DNA from: Terriglobia bacterium
GTDB lineage: Bacteria; Acidobacteriota; Terriglobia; JAJPHL01; JAPKYU01
Length of the DNA: 64,000 nucleotides
Direction of reading: 5' to 3'
Assembly: GCA_965223005.1 (NCBI GenBank)
Contig: CBDCVK010000010.1
Span: 1,376,001 to 1,440,000, forward strand
Below are positions 55,239 to 64,000 of this stretch, in pieces (positions within the stretch are counted from its first letter, which is position 1; every line of letters begins with the position of its first letter). A model generated the notes under the pieces. The model was not told the DNA's origin. It saw only the letters and a program-made list of their open reading frames with translations, and searched no databases. A program made the position numbers and the translations under genes.

Positions 55239-55343
55239 AACTGGGTCCGGCACAGGGACGAGGAGGCAGCGCGCCGCCTCTGGACAAGCCAGAGAACGGA
55301 TCGGAAACGTGACCGTGCGGCCTCGTCCAGAAAGGAGGCTCAG

Positions 55344-56354
55344 GTGAAACTTGGTGTGATTACGCTCAACCTGGGAAACTTTGAGTTCGAAGAAGGCCTA
55401 CAGTATGCCCAGAAGCTTGGGTTGCAGGCTCTCGAGGTTGGAGGCATTGGACTCTGGCCCAAGAAGTACTGCGACCCGGACAAGCTTGTTCGGGACAAAG
55501 GCGAGGTCGACCGATGGCTGGACGCGTTCGCCCACCATGACCTCGAAATCAGTGCACTGGGCGGACACGGAGCCCCTCTCACGCCGGACAAAAAGGCTGC
55601 CGCAGAGTATTCGCGACAGTTTCGGCAGGCATGCAAGCTGGCGGAAATGTCTGGGATTAAGCGAATGACCTTATTCGCGGGCCTGCCGGAAGGCGCCGAA
55701 GGGGACACGGCTCCGAACTGGGTCGCCTTTATCGAGTGGCCCTTCTTGCGCGACACCTTGGAGTGGCAATGGGAGAAGCGGCTTCTTCCCTACTGGCGAG
55801 AGCACGGGAAGATCGCCAGCGATCACGGGCTGACGCTCTGCTTCGAGATGCACGGCGGGGATCTGATTTACAATCCGCCGACCATGAAGAGGCTGCGAGA
55901 GGAGATCGGCCCGGTCGCCGCGTGCAATTTCGACACCTCACAGATGTGGTTCCAGGGAATTGACCCGGTTGAGGCACTTCATGACCTGGGTCCGCTGGTG
56001 CAGCACGTTCATGCCAAGGACACACTGATCCATGATCATCACGCCCGGGTTCGTGGTCTGATGGACTCGGCCAGTTTTGAGCAGCCTGCGAATCGCGCCT
56101 GGACCTACACGATACCCGGTTGGGGACATGACCAAATTACCTGGCGCCAGTTCGTCGTGACGCTCCGATTGATCGGTTACGACCACGTGCTCTCAATCGA
56201 AATGGAGTGCGAATACATGGAGATGGCGGAGGGTCTGGAAAAGTCGGTCTCTTTCCTCAAGCCGATCTTGCTTGAGCAACCGACAACTTCGAAATGGTGG
56301 AAGGTTGCACAGCATGGGAGGGCCGGCAGCCTCTCGCAGGACAGCATCGGCTAA
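55344..56354 (+). CDS. Sugar phosphate isomerase/epimerase (paralog of 42282..43250)
   Basis: WQWEKRLLPYW, FEMHG, NFDTSQMWFQGIDP, HVHAKD, SIEME; AAGGAGG RBS. Confidence 0.85.
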   Translation: MKLGVITLNLGNFEFEEGLQYAQKLGLQALEVGGIGLWPKKYCDPDKLVRDKGEVDRWLDAFAHHDLEISALGGHGAPLTPDKKAAAEYSRQFRQACKLAEMSGIKRMTLFAGLPEGAEGDTAPNWVAFIEWPFLRDTLEWQWEKRLLPYWREHGKIASDHGLTLCFEMHGGDLIYNPPTMKRLREEIGPVAACNFDTSQMWFQGIDPVEALHDLGPLVQHVHAKDTLIHDHHARVRGLMDSASFEQPANRAWTYTIPGWGHDQITWRQFVVTLRLIGYDHVLSIEMECEYMEMAEGLEKSVSFLKPILLEQPTTSKWWKVAQHGRAGSLSQDSIG

Positions 56355-56422
56355 TGGCAAGCCCGCAGTGTGCTCGGCCACGAATCGTTCCCATTACGAT
56401 TCCGCGATGCTGACAAAAGATG

Positions 56423-56445
56423 CCGAACGTCAGCCGCCCGTTCGG
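56423..56445. terminator. Possible terminator hairpin between convergent genes
   Basis: CCGAACG-9 nt-CGTTCGG, with TCTTTT following on the minus strand. Confidence 0.3.
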
Positions 56446-56499
56446 ATTTGAGGTAACTATGCTAGGGAAGCGGAGCGTCGGCAAGAAAATCGTGAAGTT

Positions 56500-57633
56500 C
56501 TAGGAAGTATCCAGGTTCCCAGTCCAGAACGAACTGATCAGCCGGTTGACTTTGGCGGAAGCTTCCATCTGCACCATGTGGCCGCTTCCGGCAATGATCT
56601 CGGTGCGGACGTTTCCCGGCAGGCCCTGCGCTTGGGACACGGGAATAACACGGTCTTCCCCGCCCCAAATCACCAAAATGGGCACCGACAACTCGCCGAG
56701 CCGATCGCGAAACACACTGGCTTGCCGCCCACCGGGACAGAACTGAGCGGCGATCGTACGCAAGGCTAGGTCAACCCCGTCGAGGCGTTTGTACTTGAGA
56801 ATGTCGTCGACGAGCTGTCGGCTGACCAGCGACGGATTGGCGAACAGCTTCTCAAGGTGCGGCTTGATGTCCTTGCGCCTCTCGGCCTTGAGGAAACCAT
56901 TGATGTAATCCCCGTCAATCTCTGGACCCAGCCCGCCGCTGGCAATCAGCACGAGCGACAAGGTGCGGTCGGGGTGGGCCAGAGCGAATTCCAGGGCAAT
57001 CGCTCCCCCCATCGAGTGACCTACCAGGTGCGCTTTGGGCGCCGTCACGGCGTCCATAAGGCCCCCTAGCGCCCGGACGAACTCCTTGAGGATGCCGTCG
57101 CCGACGTTTTTCGATGAGCCGCCATGTCCCGGCAGGTCCAGCGTATAGACGACTCGGTTTGCGGACAGCGGCTCGTGATTGAACAGCCAGTTGTTGAGGT
57201 CGCCGCCGAAGCCGTGAATTAGGATGGCCGGCTCTCCACCTTCCCCGCGCCTCAGATAGCGCAGGGTCTGGCCATGGACCTCTTGCATCTCCGGGTTGGG
57301 ACCGGCAATTTCTTCCTCGGCCTCCTCAGGAACAAAGCTTGCTTGAAAGTCAGCGATGAAGGCGTCGATTTCCGAGTCGGGTACCGAAGCGTCGGCGATC
57401 ACCGCGACAAGGCCGGCGACCGGCACCACCTGGCCTGGCTTAGCCACCTTACGGCGCAGGATGCCTGCCTGGGATGCTTCCAGTGCGCTTGCGATCTTCT
57501 CGGTCTCGATCTCGACTACCTCAATCCCCGGCTGGACCTCGGCCCCTTCCTCCACCAGCCAGTCGCCGACCTTGCCCTCCTTCATGGAGAGTCCCCATTT
57601 GGGCATGGTGAGCTTCTGGATGCCGGCGCTCAT
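56500..57633 (-). CDS. acoC: Acetoin dehydrogenase E2 (lipoyl domain + alpha/beta hydrolase)
   Basis: MPKWGLSMKEG, ETEKI lipoyl Lys, HGFGGDLNNW, GHSMG, GHMVQME. Confidence 0.9.
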   Translation of the reverse strand: MSAGIQKLTMPKWGLSMKEGKVGDWLVEEGAEVQPGIEVVEIETEKIASALEASQAGILRRKVAKPGQVVPVAGLVAVIADASVPDSEIDAFIADFQASFVPEEAEEEIAGPNPEMQEVHGQTLRYLRRGEGGEPAILIHGFGGDLNNWLFNHEPLSANRVVYTLDLPGHGGSSKNVGDGILKEFVRALGGLMDAVTAPKAHLVGHSMGGAIALEFALAHPDRTLSLVLIASGGLGPEIDGDYINGFLKAERRKDIKPHLEKLFANPSLVSRQLVDDILKYKRLDGVDLALRTIAAQFCPGGRQASVFRDRLGELSVPILVIWGGEDRVIPVSQAQGLPGNVRTEIIAGSGHMVQMEASAKVNRLISSFWTGNLDTS

Positions 57634-58634
57634 CTCACCACATCGCGAACCGCCGCGGCGATCCGGCTGGCATCGGGAATGTACAGGTTCTCGAGCGTGT
57701 CACTGAAGGGCACCGGCGTGTGGGGAGGGGTCACCATCTTGATCGGCGCCTTGAGCGAGGCGAAACCGTTCTGGGCGACGAGGGCCGAGATGTCGGTCGC
57801 CATATTGCAGCGTGGCGATGCCTCATCCACCACCACTAGGTGGCCCGTCTTCTCCACACTTTCCAGAATGGAGTCCTCATCCAGCGGCGAGGTGGTTCGG
57901 GGATCGATGATTTCGCACTCGATCTTTTCCCTCGCCAGCGCCGCCGCGGCTTCCGAGGCCATGTGGACCATCCGGCCGAAGGCAACGATCGTTACGTCCT
58001 CGCCTTCTCGCACGAAACTGGCTTCGCCGAAGGGCACCGTGTAGGACTCCTCGGGAACCTCGCCCTCGATCGAGTAGAGCATCTTGTGCTCGAAGAACAG
58101 GACCGGATCGTTGTCACGTATTGCCTGAATGAGAAGCCCCTTGGCGTCGTAGGGCGTTGTCGGGATGACGCATTTCAGCCCCGGGATATGGGTGAAGATC
58201 GGGTACAGGCACTGGGAGTGTTGGGCGGCGGCGCGAAGGCCAGCACCGATCATGCTACGGATCACCACCGGAGTGGTGGCCTTGCCGCCAAACATATAGC
58301 GGAACTTCGCGGCCTGATTGTAGATCTGGTCGAAACAGACGCCCATGAAGTCGGCGAACATCAGCTCGACCACCGGCCGCAGTCCCGCGGTGGCCGCGCC
58401 GATGGCCGCGCCGACAAAGGCCGACTCGCTGATCGGCGTGTCCATGACGCGGTCGCCGAACTTGTCCCACAACCCCTTGGTCACGCCGAGCGGGCCGCCC
58501 CAGGAGTCCATCTCGACATCGGTCCCGCTGCCTCCGGCAACGTCTTCGCCTATGACCACAACTGTCCTATCCCGCTCCATCTCCTGCGCCAGGGCCTCGT
58601 TGATTGCCTGCTTGAAGCTGATTTTTCTAGCCAT
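57630..58634 (-). CDS. acoB: Acetoin dehydrogenase E1 beta
   Basis: GEDV, DTPISESAFVG, NQAAKFRYMFGG, AQHSQ, FFEHK. Confidence 0.9.
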   Translation of the reverse strand: MARKISFKQAINEALAQEMERDRTVVVIGEDVAGGSGTDVEMDSWGGPLGVTKGLWDKFGDRVMDTPISESAFVGAAIGAATAGLRPVVELMFADFMGVCFDQIYNQAAKFRYMFGGKATTPVVIRSMIGAGLRAAAQHSQCLYPIFTHIPGLKCVIPTTPYDAKGLLIQAIRDNDPVLFFEHKMLYSIEGEVPEESYTVPFGEASFVREGEDVTIVAFGRMVHMASEAAAALAREKIECEIIDPRTTSPLDEDSILESVEKTGHLVVVDEASPRCNMATDISALVAQNGFASLKAPIKMVTPPHTPVPFSDTLENLYIPDASRIAAAVRDVVR

Positions 58635-58669
58635 TTCGTGCCTTTAGGTTTCGATCAGGTGTTGGCCAT

Positions 58670-59638
58670 TCAGTAGGACTCGTAGACGTCGGTTAGCAAA
58701 TCGGCCGTGACCGGCTTGGGGGCTTTCTTGGCTTGAGTCACAGCATCCTCGATCAGCGCTGCTGACTCCTGGTCGATTTTCTTCAGCTCTGTCGGGGCGA
58801 CTAGCCCGGCCGCGGTGAGTTTCTTCGCGAGGTTGGTGAGGCAGTCGCGGGACTCGCGAATCTTTTTCACCTCATCGGGTTGGCGGTAGGTTTGCGCGTC
58901 ACCTTCGAAGTGCCCGAAGTAGCGGTTCACCTTGCATTCGATCAGCGTCGGGCCCCCTCCCTCGCGAGCGCGCCGGATCGCTTCGCCGGCGGCTTCGTAG
59001 ACAGCGAAGAAGTCGTGACCGTCCACCGTTACGCCCGGCATGTTAAAACCGTTCGCCCGATCCGCGATGTCCTGGCACGCGACCGAGTACTTGCAAGATG
59101 TGGCCTCGGCATACCCGTTGTTCTCGATCACGAAGATGCACGGCAGCTTCCAGATCGACGACAGGTTCAGACTCTCCAACAGCGTGCCCTGGTTTGAGCC
59201 TCCATCGCCAATGAAGCCTACGGCGACGTTCCTGGTGCCCAGCTTCTTCGCCGCCAACCCGGCGCCGCAGACCAACGGCGCCCCGCCGCCCACGATGCCA
59301 TTGGCGCCCATCATCCCTTTCTCCAGATCCGCGATGTGCATCGAGCCGCCCTTGCCGCTACACAGGCCGTTCTTCCTGCCGTAAATCTCCGCCATCATGC
59401 CGTACGCGTCGCATCCCTTGGCCAGGCAATGGCCATGGCCCCGGTGTGTGCTGGAGATCTTGTCCCCATCGCTGAGGTGCATACAGACCCCGACCGCGAT
59501 CGCCTCCTCGCCCGCGTAGAGATGGACGAATCCCGGAATTTCGCCGGTGGCGAACTCGATGTGGATCCGCTCTTCAAACTCCCGGATTGTCTTCATGGTC
59601 CGGTAGGCTTTCAGTAGCTCATCCTTACCGAGCTGCAT
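58670..59638 (-). CDS. acoA: Acetoin dehydrogenase E1 alpha
   Basis: GEIPGFVHLYAGEEA, STHRGHGH, GKGGSMH, GDGGSNQG..ENN, GHFEGD. Confidence 0.9.
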   Translation of the reverse strand: MQLGKDELLKAYRTMKTIREFEERIHIEFATGEIPGFVHLYAGEEAIAVGVCMHLSDGDKISSTHRGHGHCLAKGCDAYGMMAEIYGRKNGLCSGKGGSMHIADLEKGMMGANGIVGGGAPLVCGAGLAAKKLGTRNVAVGFIGDGGSNQGTLLESLNLSSIWKLPCIFVIENNGYAEATSCKYSVACQDIADRANGFNMPGVTVDGHDFFAVYEAAGEAIRRAREGGGPTLIECKVNRYFGHFEGDAQTYRQPDEVKKIRESRDCLTNLAKKLTAAGLVAPTELKKIDQESAALIEDAVTQAKKAPKPVTADLLTDVYESY

Positions 59639-60716
59639 GTGTCACACTCCCCTCTTCTGCCGGCCTGTGATCGCCCGGCTCCTGATGCTGTGCCAACAGG
59701 CCATCTTGTGCGGCGCGGGCCATCACTCGGTCGATGTCAATCGTCAGCGGGCCGTCAGTCTGCAGTTGGATGGCGACCCGGTCGTCTGGTCCAAATTCTA
59801 TTTCCCGCTCCCCGTCGAGCGCGACCACCCCACGCGGGGTCTCCACCTTCTGAGGTTCCCCCGGATGAATTTCGTGAACGGCGGCGATTCCGACGCGCAC
59901 GATCAATCCGGGCGCGATGGGCGCAGCGAGTGTGGTTAATGCCGCTTCGGGCGGTGCGAGATCAACGCGTAGCCCGTAAGCGGCGCTCCGAGAAACCGGG
60001 CGGAGGAGCCCGGCGATCGAAGAAAGCCCTATAGCGTTCGCCTCGGAAAAGGTGACGAAAATCTGGCTCAGAGTCTCAGGACGCCACAAAGCCCTGGACC
60101 CGATCCACAGATCTCTGGAAATTGCGGCGTCGACCATTGCGAGCTCACGCGAGGCGCCGTTGATCTCCACCCGCAACACTTTGTTGCGGACCACCGCTTC
60201 AGCCAGGGAAACCCGGCCGGCGGCCACCAGGCCGGTGGCCAGGCCGGCGATCGTCGCCTCGCGGATTGCTGGAAAGACATTGTTGGTGCCAGTGGACAAC
60301 GCAGTGATGGGTGTCTCCCCGCAAGCCATCGCCACGAGCCGGTGCGTACCATCGCCGCCGAGAACCGCGATGGCCCCGACCTGTGCCGCGACCATGCGCT
60401 CGACCGCACGCACGGTGTCGAGCGGTCCCGCTTCGATCGGCATGTCCAGGAAGACAACCTCGGGCCAAGGCATCTCGGCCGGGCGGTGGGTCGCAACAGC
60501 CTGACGCACACGGTCGGCGATCCCATCCACGTCCGGCATCATGAATACCCTGCCGATCCCGACTGCCCCCAGCGCCGACAGCAGGCGGGTGATCATGCTG
60601 CACTTTTCGGCAAGGTGGAACACTGATGCCTGCGCAACCACGCGACGGATGTCCCGCCCCGAGGCCGGGTTGGCCAGAATGCCGACCGCCGTGTCACACG
60701 CGAAGGGTTTTCTCAC
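59625..60716 (-). CDS. acoX: AcoX, NAD kinase-like acetoin catabolism protein (start uncertain, ORF open to 60833)
   Basis: GILANPASGRDIRR, LGGDGT, STGTNNVFP, ALDGEREI; first gene of acoXABC. Confidence 0.85.
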   Translation of the reverse strand: MRKPFACDTAVGILANPASGRDIRRVVAQASVFHLAEKCSMITRLLSALGAVGIGRVFMMPDVDGIADRVRQAVATHRPAEMPWPEVVFLDMPIEAGPLDTVRAVERMVAAQVGAIAVLGGDGTHRLVAMACGETPITALSTGTNNVFPAIREATIAGLATGLVAAGRVSLAEAVVRNKVLRVEINGASRELAMVDAAISRDLWIGSRALWRPETLSQIFVTFSEANAIGLSSIAGLLRPVSRSAAYGLRVDLAPPEAALTTLAAPIAPGLIVRVGIAAVHEIHPGEPQKVETPRGVVALDGEREIEFGPDDRVAIQLQTDGPLTIDIDRVMARAAQDGLLAQHQEPGDHRPAEEGSVTHAAR

Positions 60717-60878
60717 GTCTTGCGAGTTGCCCAAGTGCAGTGGTTCGCTGTCTCTCCTTCTAGTATTTGGCTGGTATTGGCCCCAATTGTTGCACTTCGA
60801 GTTACGCCTGTCCAGACTGTCATGAAAATCCATGCGCAGACCCGCAGCCCAGGGTTCTTGCCGCCCGCCGCGTCCTAC

Positions 60879-63323
60879 TTACTTGTGCCGGGCGAGCGCG
60901 AGCGCCATCAACGCCGCTTGTTCCCGGGCGTGCGCCTTCACCGAGCCGGTGGCAGGACTGGCGCTAGCCGAGCGCTTGACCGACCGAACGTGCCGCCTGC
61001 CCGCCAGCTCCTCCAGGCGCGGTTGCACGAACCACAGCGCCCCCATGTTGGCCGGCTCCTCTTGCACCCAGACGATCTCCCGGGCACGGCCATGTCGCTT
61101 CAGCTCCTGAGTCAGCTCACGCTCAGGAAACGGGTACAACTGCTCGAGCAATACCACGGCGGTCGAGGCATCGGCGAGGCGCTGCCGTTCGGCGCGCAGC
61201 TCATGTCCGACCTTGCCCGAGCAGAGCACAATCCGCGTGGCAGAGACGGCTGTGGAGTCCGGCAGCACAGGCTGGAAACGGCCGGCGGCCAGATCTTCCA
61301 GCGGCGAACAGGCCCGAGGATGGCGCAACAGGCTCTTGGGCGTCAGCGCTACCAGGGGCTTGCGCCAGCGCCGCAGGGCCTGCCGTCGCAGCAGGTGGAA
61401 ATACTGTGCCGCAGTCGAGGGCTGGCACACTTGCAGATTGTCCTCGGCAGCCAGTTGCAAAAAGCGCTCCAGCCGGGCGCTGGAATGCTCGGGGCCCTGC
61501 CCTTCGTAGCCGTGCGGCAACAGCACTACCAGACCCGAAAGTAGCCCCCACTTGTCCTCGGTGGCGCTGACAAACTGGTCCATGATGACCTGCGCGCCAT
61601 TGGCGAAGTCCCCGAATTGGGCCTCCCAGAGCACCAGCGCTTCTGGATAATCGCGGCTGAAGCCGTACTCAAAACCCAGCGGCGCTGCCTCCGAGAGCGG
61701 GCTGTCGTAGATCGCAAAGACTCCTTGCTGCGGATGAAGATGCCGGAGCGGGGTGTATTCCTCTTCCGTCTCGATGTCGATCAGTACAGCGTGGCGCTGG
61801 TCAAATGTGCCGCGCCGGCTATCTTGCCCGCTCAGGCGCACCCGGATGCCCTGCCAGAGCAGCGAGCCGAAGGCCAGGGCCTCTGCCATACCCCAATCCA
61901 CTGCCCGCTGCCCGCTCCCCATTTGGCGGCGGTGCTCCAGGCCGCGCTTCATCTTCGGATGAAGATGGAAGCTCTCAGGCGGGCTCGTGATGCGCTCGGA
62001 AATCTCCCTCAGCCGTTCCCGCGCAACTCCGGTGTCCACTTCCCGGGACGGGTCGTAGGGACCGCCTTTGAACTTCAACCAGTACTCCGGGAGCTGCCAC
62101 AGTCGAGGGGTCTTGCGCATGGCTCTCGCCTCCTCCATCTCCTTGTGCAGCTGATCCCGGACGCGCTCGGTGAGATGCTTGGTCCTTCGGGCATCGGCAC
62201 CGATCGCTTCCGCATAGGACTTCCACAGGGGAGGGAGGGTGCGAATCTTTTCGTAGAGCCGGGGCTGTGTGGTGGTCGGATCGTCCACCTCGCTGTGGCC
62301 GTGCAGGCGATAGCCGATCAGGTCAATCACCACGTCGGTCCTGAACGCATAGCGGTAGTCCACAGCCAGGCGCGCCACCCGCACCACCGCCTCCGGATCG
62401 GCGCCGTTGACGTGGAAGATGGGAACCGCGAGACGCTTGGCCACATCCGAGGCATAGCGCGAGGATTGCAGGGCCGCCGGCAGCGTAGTGAAGCCGATTA
62501 GGTTATTCACAACGACGTGGATGGTGCCACCAACCGTGAATCCGTCCAGCTCGGCCAGGTTCAGAGTCTCAGCCACGATTCCCTGCCCGGCGAAGGCTGC
62601 ATCCCCGTGGACCGTCAGCGGCAGGACCTTGGCAGGACCGCTCTCTCCCAAGCGCTCCTGCTTGGCGCGCGCCCGCCCCATCACGACCGGATCGACCGCT
62701 TCCAAGTGACTGGGATTCGAAACCAGATGGATGCTGATGGGCTGCCCTTTCCGGCTGCTGAACACTCCCGTCGCCCCAATGTGGTACTTGACGTCCCCGC
62801 CTCCCAGCACGCTCCGGGGGTCCACGTCCTCGAATCGAGCAAAGACCTCAGCGCCGCGCTTGCCCACAATGTGGTACATGGCGTTCAAGCGGCCACGGTG
62901 ACTCATGGCCATCACCGCCTGTTCCGCGCCTTGCTCAGCCGAGCGATCGAGAACCTCAGCGAGCAGCGGGATCAGGGCCGTCGAACCCTCCAGAGAATAG
63001 CGTTTGGCCCCGATGTAGCGGGTCTGGAAGACGCGCTCCAAAGTGTCGGCGCTGATCAGTAACTCCAGGATGCGACTGCGGTCCAGGCCATCGGGCAGGC
63101 CGGCTTCCATGCGCCGTTGGATCCACCGGCAGCGATCCGGATCGGGCATGTGCATGAACTCCACGCCGAGCGAGCTGCAATACACAGCCCGCGCCCGCTC
63201 GGCTGCCTCTCCACTCACGTCCAGCTCGGGATGGGGCTGCGGCCTCAGGCGATCCAGAGGGTCCAGGTTCGCCTGGAGGTGTCCCCACCGGCGGAAAGCA
63301 TCCAGAATGCGTTGCTCGCTCAT
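60879..63323 (-). CDS. sucA: 2-oxoglutarate dehydrogenase E1 (short N-terminus)
   Basis: KRYSLEG, HRGRLN, GDVKYH, NPSHLE, HGDAAFAGQG, SGQDSRRGTF, WEAQFGDF, GQGPEHSSAR. Confidence 0.93.
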   Translation of the reverse strand: MSEQRILDAFRRWGHLQANLDPLDRLRPQPHPELDVSGEAAERARAVYCSSLGVEFMHMPDPDRCRWIQRRMEAGLPDGLDRSRILELLISADTLERVFQTRYIGAKRYSLEGSTALIPLLAEVLDRSAEQGAEQAVMAMSHRGRLNAMYHIVGKRGAEVFARFEDVDPRSVLGGGDVKYHIGATGVFSSRKGQPISIHLVSNPSHLEAVDPVVMGRARAKQERLGESGPAKVLPLTVHGDAAFAGQGIVAETLNLAELDGFTVGGTIHVVVNNLIGFTTLPAALQSSRYASDVAKRLAVPIFHVNGADPEAVVRVARLAVDYRYAFRTDVVIDLIGYRLHGHSEVDDPTTTQPRLYEKIRTLPPLWKSYAEAIGADARRTKHLTERVRDQLHKEMEEARAMRKTPRLWQLPEYWLKFKGGPYDPSREVDTGVARERLREISERITSPPESFHLHPKMKRGLEHRRQMGSGQRAVDWGMAEALAFGSLLWQGIRVRLSGQDSRRGTFDQRHAVLIDIETEEEYTPLRHLHPQQGVFAIYDSPLSEAAPLGFEYGFSRDYPEALVLWEAQFGDFANGAQVIMDQFVSATEDKWGLLSGLVVLLPHGYEGQGPEHSSARLERFLQLAAEDNLQVCQPSTAAQYFHLLRRQALRRWRKPLVALTPKSLLRHPRACSPLEDLAAGRFQPVLPDSTAVSATRIVLCSGKVGHELRAERQRLADASTAVVLLEQLYPFPERELTQELKRHGRAREIVWVQEEPANMGALWFVQPRLEELAGRRHVRSVKRSASASPATGSVKAHAREQAALMALALARHK

Positions 63324-63449
63324 ATCCCGATAGTATCCCCTCCAGAACATTCGGAATGGAATCGTCTGCGTTAGCAGGAATGCCTTTAGGCAAAGCACCT
63401 GTGTGCTAGCTTATAGGTGGGAGTTCAGTCTGGCTAAAGGAGGCTGGAG

Positions 63450-63902
63450 TTGATGAGCTGGATGGTGTACGTCGCGGGGACGGTGTTCTGTTGGGGCCTC
63501 TACGGGGTGGTGCTGCATCGGGGGCAGGTGCAGCTTGGCAATCCGCTGCGCGCGCTGCTCTGCGTGGGGATGGCGTACTTCCTGATCGGCGTGCTGGTGC
63601 CGGCCACCGCCCTGTGGCTTCAGGGGGATTTGAAGGGCTTCAACCAGGCGGGGACCGCGTCGGCCACGCTGGCCGGCGCACTAGGCGCTGCCGGCGCCAT
63701 CGGCATCATCTGGGCTTTTCGGGCGGGAGGCCTTCCAACTTACGTGATGCCCCTGGTCTTCGGCGGCGCTCCGTTGGTGAATGTGGCTTTCGCGCTCTGG
63801 CTCCATCCGCCGCGCGCCACGCCCAGCCCGATGCTCTACGTCGGCTTCCTCCTGACCGCAGTCGGCGCCGGCCTGGTCCTCTATTACAAGCCAGCGTCCT
63901 GA
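63450..63902 (+). CDS. Small integral membrane protein (DMT/EamA-like)
   Basis: About five TM segments, WGLYG, GALGA.GA, YVMPLVFGGAP.VN; AAGGAGG RBS. Confidence 0.7.
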   Translation: MMSWMVYVAGTVFCWGLYGVVLHRGQVQLGNPLRALLCVGMAYFLIGVLVPATALWLQGDLKGFNQAGTASATLAGALGAAGAIGIIWAFRAGGLPTYVMPLVFGGAPLVNVAFALWLHPPRATPSPMLYVGFLLTAVGAGLVLYYKPAS

Positions 63903-63944
63903 GATGGCAGCCGGCAGCCGCGAAGAAAAGGTGGGACGACTATC

Positions 63945-64000
63945 ATGAAAGCAATCAAGCTGTACCCGGCCGTGGTCGTGCTGGGCATTGCTTGCCTGTT
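63945..64000 (+). CDS. Partial CDS (signal-peptide-like N-terminus) running off the window
   Basis: ATG 63945, MKAIKLYPAVVVLGIACL. Confidence 0.45.
   Translation, partial: MKAIKLYPAVVVLGIACL

Noticed and set aside
60720-60878. Sigma54 promoter for acoXABC
   Set aside because: Only a bare GG-N10-GC without the TGGCAC/TTGC consensus

Overview
GC-rich bacterial chromosome segment. The gene repertoire (SpoIVB-S55 peptidase, lysS, lolCDE-clpC, short SucA, multiple cytochrome c/PQQ-dehydrogenase cassettes) suggests Acidobacteriota; this is inference. Most of the window is housekeeping (lysS, lolCE/D, clpC, rlmN, hemE/H, msrA, pyrRBC/pyrD, infA, tkt, nadA-nrtR-pncB, sucA). Several things are missed or mis-split by the ORF track. 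(1) Two divergently encoded selenoproteins, each with an in-frame TGA and a SECIS-like hairpin: a UxxC peroxiredoxin-like protein at 2860..2381 and a formate dehydrogenase catalytic subunit at 3069..5027. The FDH is also split and gene-order-permuted, with its proximal [4Fe-4S] domain on the last gene of the operon. (2) A YycJ-like hydrolase with no canonical start codon, in frame with the upstream gene's TAG. (3) A tandem duplicated diheme cytochrome c + PQQ-type dehydrogenase cassette carrying the D-x-D lanthanide-type motif. (4) A complete IS3 element (4-bp target duplication) that cuts a PilZ domain and carries a highly structured three-way-junction element. (5) A decayed tRNA-Leu 3' fragment and an IPT/TIG pseudogene bordering an accessory block (sugar isomerases, acoXABC). 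(6) Many short tandem duplications and operator-like palindromes, including an NrtR box and a four-fold SD/GGA-hairpin array. No CRISPR array, rRNA or intact tRNA was seen. All family assignments come from motif recognition, not database searches.
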